DNA from: an uncultured Actinomycetota bacterium
GTDB taxonomy: Bacteria; Actinomycetota; Actinomycetes; Propionibacteriales; DAIQRJ01
Direction of reading: 5' to 3'
NCBI GenBank assembly: GCA_963724495.1
Contig: CAVRUZ010000009.1
Span: 1,673-65,672 of the forward strand
Length of the DNA: 64,000 bases
The translations under genes were made by a program, and so were the position numbers. Below the pieces are notes generated by a model, which did no database searches, was not told the origin of the DNA, and saw only the letters and a list, made by a program, of their open reading frames with translations. The stretch's first letter is position 1. Every line of letters starts with the position of its first letter. Shown piece after piece: positions 21,973-30,071 of this stretch.

Positions 21973-22614
21973 ATGGTGTCGACGACCCTTGCGCTGGGCC
22001 CGTCCTTTCTGGATCCCGAGCACATTCTCGAGAGTCTGGGGCCCTGGGCGCTCTGGGGCGCGGTCGCCATCATCTTCGCCGAGTGTGGCCTGCTGATCGG
22101 CTTCTTCCTCCCCGGTGACAGCCTCTTGTTCATCACCGGGATGTTCACCGCGCAGGGCTTCATCGATCTGCCCCTCGCGGTCGTGTGCCTGGTGCTGACC
22201 GTGGCCGCGATCGTCGGCAACCTCGTCGGTTACGCGATCGGCTACCGAGCGGGACCGGCGATCTTCAACCGGGAGGACTCCCGGTTGTTCAAGGCATCCC
22301 ACGTCGCGAAGACGCACGAGTTCTTCGAGAAGCACGGGGTGAAGGCCATCATCCTCGCCCGGTTCGTACCGATCGTGCGGACGTTCATCACCGTCGTGGC
22401 GGGCGTCGGGCGGATGCCCTTCAGCAGCTACGCGGTCTTCTCCACGGTCGGAGCGATTCTCTGGGCCACCGGGGTGACCGTTCTCGGGTACTACCTCGGC
22501 CAGATCCCGTTCATCCGGGACAACATCGAGGTGATCCTGATCCTGGTCGTGCTGGCCTCGGTGACGCCCATCGTGATCGAGGCAGTGCGCCACCGGAGGC
22601 GGGTGGGAGCGTGA
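21973..22614 (+). CDS. DedA family membrane protein
   Basis: The motifs FAECGLLIGFFLPGDSLLF and ARFVPIVRTF are present. Confidence 0.85.
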   Translation: MVSTTLALGPSFLDPEHILESLGPWALWGAVAIIFAECGLLIGFFLPGDSLLFITGMFTAQGFIDLPLAVVCLVLTVAAIVGNLVGYAIGYRAGPAIFNREDSRLFKASHVAKTHEFFEKHGVKAIILARFVPIVRTFITVVAGVGRMPFSSYAVFSTVGAILWATGVTVLGYYLGQIPFIRDNIEVILILVVLASVTPIVIEAVRHRRRVGA

Positions 22615-23936
22615 TCTGGAGTCCGCGCCGGCGGGCGCGGCGGAGCAGTCGCGCGAGCGGGCCCAAGGTCGTGGTCCTCGGCGGCGGCTTCGCCGGGATC
22701 GCCGCCGTTCGACGCCTCACCAAGGACGGCGTCGACGTGACCCTCGTCGACCAGCACCCTTACGCGACCTTCCAGCCACTGCTGTACCAGGTCGCCACGG
22801 CCGGTCTGAACCCCGGAGACGTCGTGTACCCGCTCCGCAGCCTCACCGCTGCCCACGGCGCCCACATGGTGCGCGGCCGGGCGGTCGGCCTCGACCTCGA
22901 GGCCAAGCACCTGCGGCTGGCCGACGGCAGGACCGTCCCCTACGACTATCTGCTGATCGGGAGCGGCGCCACCACGAACTACTTCGGCATCCCCGGTGCG
23001 GCCGAGAACGCGCTGCCGCTCTACACCCGGGCCGACGCGCTTCGAGTCCGCGACCGTGTGTTCGGGGCACTGGAGCGGGCGGCCGCGGCCCAACCGCCGC
23101 CGCCTGAATTCCGCGCTCATCGTGGTGGGCGGCGGCGCGACCGGCGTCGAGACGGCCGGCGCGCTGGCAGAGCTACGCAAGGCCGGGCCGCAGACCTATC
23201 CCGAACTGGAGGACATCAACCAGTCGATCCTGCTGGTCGAAATGGGGCCGACCCTCCTGGCCTCCGTACAAGGAGCGACTACGGAAGTACGCGCGCTCGC
23301 AGCTGATCAAGCGAGGCGTGGAGGTCCGCACCGACACGGCCGTCACCGAAGTGCTGCCCGGCGGCGTCGTGCTGAAGTCGGGCGAGCGCTTGTCTGCCGT
23401 CGCCGTGATCTGGGCAGCGGGAGTGACCACCGACAGCCTTCTCGACGATTGGCGTCTGCCCCGAGGACGAGGAGGCCGGATCCAGGTCGCCGACGACCTG
23501 CAGGTGATCGGGATTCCCTCGGTGTTCGCGGCCGGCGACGTCTCGATCGCGGCCGACGGCGAGCCACTGCCGCAGGTGGCCCAGCCGGCGATCCAGGGCG
23601 GGCGCCACGCCGCCGAGCAGATTCTCGCGAGGATCAACGGCGTCGAGACCAAGCCGTTCCGTCTATCACGACAAGGGAACGATGGCGACGATCGGCCGTC
23701 GGTCAGCCGTTGCCGAGGTGCGGTTCCTGCCGTCGATGAAGGGCACGATCGCCTGGCTGATCTGGGTGGGGCTGCACCTGGTGACGCTGCTCGGCGGACG
23801 CAACCGCGCCTCCGCGTTGGTCAACCTGGTTGCTCGGTACACGTCGTGGCCGCACACGATGAACGTGATCGTGGGTGACGCCGACATGGACGTGGTCCTC
23901 GCCGGCGGAGAACACCCGAAGGAGATCGTGGAGTAG
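22611..23936 (+). pseudogene. ndh: Type II NADH:quinone oxidoreductase (NDH-2) with three frameshifts (about 23090, 23260 and 23662)
   Basis: Four consecutive segments lie in different frames. The first has VVVLGGGFAGI...LLYQVATAGL, the second IVVGGGATGVETAGALAEL, the third YARSQLIKRGVEV...VFAAGDV, and the fourth YHDKGTMATIGRRSAVA. The GTGA start overlaps the dedA stop. Confidence 0.8.
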
Positions 23937-23947
23937 GGCACCCTGCC

Positions 23948-24517
23948 CTATTGGGCCGACAGCCCGAGGTCGTCGAGGTCGTACAGGGTGCGATAGCCCA
24001 GCCCGCTGTCGGCGATCCGCTCGGCCGCTCCGGTCCCGCGGTCGACGATCACCGCGACCGCCACCACCTCGGCCCCGGCATCCCTTAGTGCTTCGACCGC
24101 GGTGAGCACCGAGCCGCCGGTCGTGGAGGTGTCCTCGACGGCGAGCACCCGGCGGCCCTGCACGTCGGGACCCTCGATCCGGCGCTGCAACCCGTGCTGC
24201 TTCTCCGACTTGCGCACGACGAACGTGTCGAGGTTCCGGCCCTGCGCTGCGGCCGCGTGCAGCATGGCCGCGGCCACCGGATCAGCGCCGAGCGTCAGGC
24301 CACCGACCGCGTCGAACTCGAGGTCGCTCGTGAGCTGGAGCATGAGCCGCCCGATGGCCGGAGCCGCCTCGGCGCGCAGGGTGATCCGGCGCAGGTCGAC
24401 GTAGTAGTCGGCTTCCCGACCAGAGGCCAGCGTCACCTTCCCGTGCACAACCGCGTGGCGGCGGATCTGGTCGAGGACAAGGGCCCGGTCGTCGGGACTG
24501 CCGGCTGGCTCGGTCAC
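23948..24517 (-). CDS. pyrE: Orotate phosphoribosyltransferase
   Basis: The PRPP-binding motif VLAVEDTSTTGGS is present. The start is GTG 24517. Confidence 0.85.
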   Translation of the reverse strand: MTEPAGSPDDRALVLDQIRRHAVVHGKVTLASGREADYYVDLRRITLRAEAAPAIGRLMLQLTSDLEFDAVGGLTLGADPVAAAMLHAAAAQGRNLDTFVVRKSEKQHGLQRRIEGPDVQGRRVLAVEDTSTTGGSVLTAVEALRDAGAEVVAVAVIVDRGTGAAERIADSGLGYRTLYDLDDLGLSAQ

Positions 24518-24545
24518 GCGGCAGAGGGTAACCACGCGGGCAGGG

Positions 24546-25082
24546 TCAGGCCGCGGCGAACCAGGCTCTGGTCGGCGCCCGCCACAGGAACACGACCCCC
24601 AGGGCACCGGCGAGCGAGGACACCGCCTGGACGGCGAGCGAGCCGGTCGACGAAGCGGCCAGCGCGTGGCGGTCGAGCGCTGCTACCAGGCCGACCAGGA
24701 ACAACACGGCGTTGACCACGCCGAGCAGGCTCGCGAGCCAGCGAGCCATCTGACTCCGCCGGCGGACATAGATGCCCAGCAGCAACCAGATGAACGCGGC
24801 TATCAACGAGGCACCCACAGCCAGCTGCACCTGACTGCCGACGACTGCGTCCACCCGGTTCAGATCGATCCTCAGCTCGCCTGCGTTGATCCGGTCGAGC
24901 AGCGACTGCTTGATCACGTCCACCTGGGTGTAGGTGAGCAGGCCGCCCAGGACCGAGGCAACCGCCCCAACGACGGCGCACCAGAACACCCACATCACCT
25001 CGCGCGGCTGCGGGACATCCGGCTGCGGTGGCTTCGGGGGAGGACGGCGCCGACTGCGCGCGCCACCTCGCTGCTGCGCCAT
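24546..25082 (-). CDS. Hypothetical membrane protein
   Basis: The N-terminus is Arg/Pro-rich and is followed by about four TM helices. GC3 is high. Confidence 0.5.
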   Translation of the reverse strand: MAQQRGGARSRRRPPPKPPQPDVPQPREVMWVFWCAVVGAVASVLGGLLTYTQVDVIKQSLLDRINAGELRIDLNRVDAVVGSQVQLAVGASLIAAFIWLLLGIYVRRRSQMARWLASLLGVVNAVLFLVGLVAALDRHALAASSTGSLAVQAVSSLAGALGVVFLWRAPTRAWFAAA

Positions 25083-25175
25083 GCCGGTCCACCTCCGCTC
25101 GTCGTCGAGGACGCTCGACCCGTCGCGTCAGGATAGGGACCCGCGGACCCATCGGCTTCGGCCTCGGCGTGGCGC

Positions 25176-25300
25176 CACGCATGCAGACCGGCACGGCGCG
25201 CGGCCGACATGAGCGGACATGTCCGGATCGGTCTGGGTCGGCTGCATGTATCGCGCACGCTGGTCGGCCGGCGACGGCGGCCGACCCCCGAGCGACGTCA
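25176..25300 (+). repeat. Copy A of the structured intergenic repeat (outer stem CATGCAG/CTGCATG, 28-nt core GACATGAGCGGACATGTCCGGATCGGTC, then a 9-bp GC hairpin)
   Basis: The 28-nt core is identical to copy B. The palindrome CGGACATGTCCG is at 25214-25225, and the hairpin GGTCGGCCG-N7-CGGCCGACC is at 25262-25286. Confidence 0.6.
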
Positions 25301-25363
25301 GGGTCTAGCGTGCGCGGACACATCCGAGAGCTTTCGCGCCGGTCGAGAGGACGAGTTCGTTAC

Positions 25364-25856
25364 ATGAGCAGCAACCAGGACGAGGTCGGCTTCCTGCAGC
25401 AGGCCATCCGGCTTGCCGTCGACAACGCGGCAGCGGGGCGGTTGCCCTTCGGGGCTGTGGTCGTGCGGGCCGGGGAGGTGCTCGCGACCGGCGTCAACAC
25501 CGAGCAGCGTGACTCGGATCCGACCGCGCACGCCGAGGTCGCCGCGATCCGGAACGCCTGTGCCGCCGTTGGCGCGACCCGCCTGCCCGGAGCGACGGTG
25601 TACTCCAGTTGCGAGCCGTGCGCGGTGTGCCAGACCGTGTCCGCCGCGGCCGAGGTGACAGGGATCGTGTACGCCGCGCCGCGGGAGTTGGTACCCGACC
25701 TCGGGAGTGCCGGTTCGCGCTGAGATCGGCGCGCTGCTCGGACGCATGCAGGACGACATGCGCAGCCTCGCGCCGGATCGCGTCACGCACGTGCCGGTGG
25801 ACGGCGCGGCCGAACCGTTCGAGCGGTTCCTCGACTACCGCTCCGGTACGCCGTGA
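25364..25856 (+). pseudogene. CMP/dCMP-type zinc deaminase (guanine/tRNA-adenosine deaminase-like) with one frameshift near 25700
   Basis: The motifs HAEVAAI and SCEPCAVC are present. The C-terminal part PVRAEIGALLGRMQDDMRSLAPDRV... continues in another high-GC3 frame to TGA 25854-25856. Confidence 0.7.
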
Positions 25857-25930
25857 AGCTGGGGCTCAACATCCGCAACTTCGGCCCGAGCGCCGGGCGT
25901 GACTGACCCGTACCTCTCGTAGGCGGCGCG

Positions 25931-26060
25931 ACACATGCAAACCGCGACGCCGGACGGTCGACATGAGCGGACATGTCCGGATCGGTCCCTTCCGGCTGCA
26001 TGTTTCGCGCCGCGGGCAAGAAGCGGTCGGACGCCGACAGCCGACCCATCAGCGAGGTCG
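25931..26060 (+). repeat. Copy B of the structured intergenic repeat
   Basis: The modules are ACACATGCAAACCG, the identical 28-nt core at 25960-25987, CGGCTGCATGT at 25993-26003, and the hairpin GGTCGG-N10-CCGACC at 26025-26046. Confidence 0.6.
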
Positions 26061-26076
26061 GCCACAATGGGCGACC

Positions 26077-27252
26077 GTGACCAGTTCTCGCGCCGATCGG
26101 TTGTCCGGGCTGGGCACCACCGTCTTCGCCGAGATGTCGGCGATGGCGCTGGCGACCGAGTCGGTGAACCTGGGCCAGGGCTTTCCCGACACCGACGGTC
26201 CCGACAGCGTGCTGCAGGCCGCCAGCGACGCGATGTTCTCCGGCCGGTACAACCAGTACCCGCCCGGCATCGGGGTGCCCGAGCTTCGCCATGCGGTGAG
26301 CGAGCACCAGCAGCGCTTCTACGACCTGCGCTACGACGCCGACACCGAGGTGCTGGTCACCGCCGGTGCCACCGAGGCCATCGCGGCCGCCCTGCTGTCC
26401 CTGGTGAACCCGGGCGACGAAGTCGTTGCGCTGGAGCCCTACTACGACTCCTACGCGGCCTGCATCGCGATGGCCGGCGGCGTGCGCCGTCCGGTGACCC
26501 TTCGTGCACCGGACTTCCGACTCGACGTCGATGCCCTGTACGCCGCGGTGACACCGCGCACCAAGCTGCTGCTGATCAACAGTCCGCACAATCCCACCGG
26601 CACCGTCTTGTCAGCAGACGAATACGCCGCGATCGCACGGGTGGCGCAGGAGCACGACCTGCTGGTCATCACCGACGAGGTCTACGAGCACCTGGTCTAC
26701 GACGGCGCGCACCACATCCCGCTCGCGACCCTGCCCGGTATGCGGGACCGGACGATCTCGATCTCGAGCTCGGGCAAGACGTTTTCCCTGACGGGCTGGA
26801 AGATCGGCTGGGTCTGCTCCTCGCCCGAGCTGGTCCGCACGGTCATGATGGCCAAGCAGTTCCTCACATACGTCTCTGGTGGTCCGTTCCAGCCGGCCAT
26901 CGCGGGGGCGCTAGGCCTCGGCGACGACTACTACCGGCAGCTCACGGCTGGCATGCAGGACAAGCGCGACCGGCTGTGCGACGGCCTCGAGGCGATCGGC
27001 TTCGAGGTGTTCCGCCCGCAGGGGACCTACTTCGCCACCACCGACGTCCGCTCGCTCGGGTTCACCGATGGCGCGTCCTTCTGTGCCGAACTCCCGCACG
27101 CATGCCGGGTGGTGGCCATCCCGCACGAGGTGTTCTACGACCACACAGAAGTGGGCCGTCCGCTGGTGCGCTGGGCCTTCTGCAAGCGACACGAGACCTT
27201 GGACGAAGCCCTCGCCCGGCTCGCGTCCGGTCTTCCGCGGATGCGTCGTTGA
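26077..27252 (+). CDS. Class I/II pyridoxal-phosphate aminotransferase
   Basis: The motif NSPHNPTG and the PLP-lysine motif SSSGKTFSLTGWKIGW are present. The start is GTG 26077. Confidence 0.85.
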   Translation: MTSSRADRLSGLGTTVFAEMSAMALATESVNLGQGFPDTDGPDSVLQAASDAMFSGRYNQYPPGIGVPELRHAVSEHQQRFYDLRYDADTEVLVTAGATEAIAAALLSLVNPGDEVVALEPYYDSYAACIAMAGGVRRPVTLRAPDFRLDVDALYAAVTPRTKLLLINSPHNPTGTVLSADEYAAIARVAQEHDLLVITDEVYEHLVYDGAHHIPLATLPGMRDRTISISSSGKTFSLTGWKIGWVCSSPELVRTVMMAKQFLTYVSGGPFQPAIAGALGLGDDYYRQLTAGMQDKRDRLCDGLEAIGFEVFRPQGTYFATTDVRSLGFTDGASFCAELPHACRVVAIPHEVFYDHTEVGRPLVRWAFCKRHETLDEALARLASGLPRMRR

Positions 27253-27286
27253 GAGCCAATCAGCCCCAGATCAGGAGGATGCTGCC

Positions 27287-27787
27287 GTGGAAGACATCGA
27301 CGCGTACGCCCGTGACCTCATCGACGCCAACCTGTACGTGACGCTCGGCACGGCCAACGGTGACGGCACTCCCTGGGTGTCTCCGGTGTACTTCGCCACC
27401 GCCGACTACGCCGCGTTCTACTGGATGTCGGCCAAAGATGCAGAGCACTCGCGCAACATCGCTCAGCGCCCGCTGATCAGCATGGTGATCTTCGACTCGC
27501 AGGTTCCGCCGTACCACGGTCGCGCCGTGTACCTGACAGCAACCGCGACCGAGCTGGCCGGCGACGATCTCGTACGTGCATTGGACATCTACCCAGGACC
27601 ACCGAGCCGGGACGCGACTGGCGTCGACCTGACCGACGTCATCCCACCCTCGCCATACCGCATGTACCGAGCCGACGTCACCGAGGCGTCCGTGTTGTGT
27701 CCGCGAGAGCCCCGACAGCCGTGCCACCTGCATGGGCTCATGGGCGATCACCGCACGCCCGTCACTCCTTGGCAACGCGGGACCTAG
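27287..27787 (+). CDS. Pyridoxamine 5'-phosphate oxidase-family (FMN-binding split barrel) protein
   Basis: The RBS AGGAGGA lies before GTG 27287. The translation has the PNPOx-like pattern YVTLGTANGDGTPWVSPVYF. Confidence 0.65.
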   Translation: MEDIDAYARDLIDANLYVTLGTANGDGTPWVSPVYFATADYAAFYWMSAKDAEHSRNIAQRPLISMVIFDSQVPPYHGRAVYLTATATELAGDDLVRALDIYPGPPSRDATGVDLTDVIPPSPYRMYRADVTEASVLCPREPRQPCHLHGLMGDHRTPVTPWQRGT

Positions 27788-27806
27788 ACACACCGATCGG
27801 GACGGG

Positions 27807-29307
27807 TCAGCGCCGCGACGGCATCAGTGGCGGCTTCGAGTAGCGGAGGTGCCGTCGCTCTCTGCAGGCGGGATCGACGTCGATCGGTGGGCGTACCTGC
27901 GGCAGGCCGTCGCGCGCGATCTCGATCTCCCACTGGTCTCCGGGCGGTACATGCGGATCCGGTTCGACCAGGCGATGGTGGTACGGACACAGCAGAACTC
28001 CGTTGGCGAGGCTCGTCTCCCCGCCGTCCCACCACGGTTGGACGTGGTGCGCATCGCAGGCTGCCGGCGGCGCATCACAGCCGGGGAAGGCACAACCGCG
28101 GTCGCGTGCGTTGAGTGCCTGCCGCAGCTCCCCGCCGAAGAAGCGGCTGGCTCTGCCCACCGACAGCGGAACTCCCTTGAGATCCAGAGCGATCAACCCG
28201 ATCAGGGCGTCACACGCCAGGCGTCGTGCCGTGTTCGCAGACACCGGTCGATCGTCGCTCAGCAGTCCGTGGCCCGGCTCGCCCACGAGAACCTCTAGCG
28301 GGACAAGCAGATTCACCCGAGGACGGTCTGCGCCACGACTCGGGGCGTCACCTGAATCGGCATAGCAGTGGACGATCTCCATCAGTGCATCGGCGCGCTT
28401 CTGCGTTGCCGACCTGTCGTCGCCTGCCTCGACACCCCCGGAACCGGGCCTTGGCCGCGCCACGAGCGAGTCGACCAGGAGCCGAAGGTGTCCACCCTCC
28501 ACCGGTGGGAGCACACCCCTCAGCCCGACTCCACCCGTGGCGGGATCGTCGTAGAACCAGAGCGATCGGCCTGCATCTGCCTCCGCGTCGAGTCTGCGAA
28601 CGGCAGCTTCGGCATCTGCCTCAGCTACCTCGGGGGCCAGGAGCTCGACGACTAGGTTGGCGGCCATCCTCAGGTCGCGCGGATTGTGGCTACGCGCGAG
28701 TTCGACGAGGTCACGCTCTGCCCGGTGCACACTCTCCACCGGAAGTTCCTCAGGGAGCTTGCGCATGGTCGCCACGACCGCTTCGGCCTGCTCCATCGAC
28801 ACGGCTCCGGCGGCAAGCGCCGCACCAACAACGGTGAACTTCTCCCGGAGCAGCCGCCCGAGCCGGACGAGTTCGCGTGCTCGCTCTACCGACACCACGT
28901 TCAGGTGATGCGCCAGGAAGGTCGACGTCTGGAGTTGATGTCTGCCGATCGTGGCGCGGCGAGCTTCAGCCTCGGCTATCAGTCGCAGAGTCGACGCCTG
29001 CGCCATGGCCTGAACGGCCTGCCCAGCCTCGAGAAGTCCGAGGAGGTCGTGATCACCAAGACCGTCGAGATCGGCGTGGACGAGCGACTCGAGTGCGGAG
29101 CGTGCATCGCTGACCGCAACCCTCGCCGATCGCAATGCAGCTGCGAGCCTCGTCGTCGAACAGATCGAAGGCCTCGGACCCGAGGACCCACGTGTCCTCG
29201 AGCTCCGCCCAGAGCGCGGCATCGTCAGGTACGGACTCCGAGAGTCTCGATCCCTTCGACGAGTCGAACATGTGTTCGATTGTACTGAGTTTCCTCTGCC
29301 TGCACAA
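27807..29307 (-). pseudogene. DUF222 / HNH endonuclease (REP13E12-like family) with one frameshift near 29150
   Basis: The C-terminal HNH motif is CAFPGCDAPPAACDAHHVQPW...LLCPYHH. The N-terminus MFDSSKGSRL...DLFDDEA is in another frame. Confidence 0.75.
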
Positions 29308-29393
29308 GGGTGTCTCGGTCGATTACCCCTGCGAAGTCTGACGCTTGCAACCCCCGCGCTCGCCCTCGATCCACGATGCGCAAGGGTTGGCTG

Positions 29394-30062
29394 ATGAGCA
29401 CAGAGACGCTGACTGGAAAGCAGGTTGCCGAGGCCGGCCTCGACGGCTGGGCCTTCCTCCTGTCCTACGGGGCGGGTTCGCTCCAGACCCGCATCCGCAC
29501 CAAGGACTTCGCCACCGGACTCCAGATCGTCAACGCGATCGGGGCGGCGGCGGAAGAGATGGACCACCATCCCGACATCGACCTCCGCTATTCCCGCGTA
29601 GACGTCCGGATGACCAGCCACGACTCAGGTGGTGTGACGAAACGCGACCTGAAGCTCGCCCGCCGCGTCACCGAGATCGCCGAAGCCGCAGGCACGAAGG
29701 TGGAGTGCGACACCATCTCCCTGCTCGAACTGGCCTTGGACACCCCGCACTACGACAAGCTCGGCCCGTTCTGGGCGGCGGTGATGGGCGGGGAGCACGT
29801 GACGGGCGACGGCTTCGCCGACGTGGGCGACCCGAACCAGGCGCTGCCGCTGATCTGGTTCCAGCGCTCCGGCAGCGAGGAGCCCAGGCAGCGCTGGCAC
29901 GCCGACGTCTGGGTCGATCCGGCCCAGGTGCAGCCGCGAATCGACGCGGCACTCGCCGCCGGCGGGACTCTTGTCAGCGACGCGGAGGCGCCGTCATTCT
30001 GGGTGCTGTCTGATCAGGACGGCAACAAGGTCTGCCTGTGCACCTGGCAGTCGCGCGACTGA
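29394..30062 (+). CDS. Fusion of pterin-4a-carbinolamine dehydratase and a glyoxalase/VOC-like domain
   Basis: The N-terminal half has the PCD motif EEMDHHPDIDL. The C-terminal half is VOC-like (LIWFQRS...WHADVWV...FWVLSDQDGNKVCLC). Confidence 0.65.
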   Translation: MSTETLTGKQVAEAGLDGWAFLLSYGAGSLQTRIRTKDFATGLQIVNAIGAAAEEMDHHPDIDLRYSRVDVRMTSHDSGGVTKRDLKLARRVTEIAEAAGTKVECDTISLLELALDTPHYDKLGPFWAAVMGGEHVTGDGFADVGDPNQALPLIWFQRSGSEEPRQRWHADVWVDPAQVQPRIDAALAAGGTLVSDAEAPSFWVLSDQDGNKVCLCTWQSRD

Positions 30063-30071
30063 GAGTCGGCA

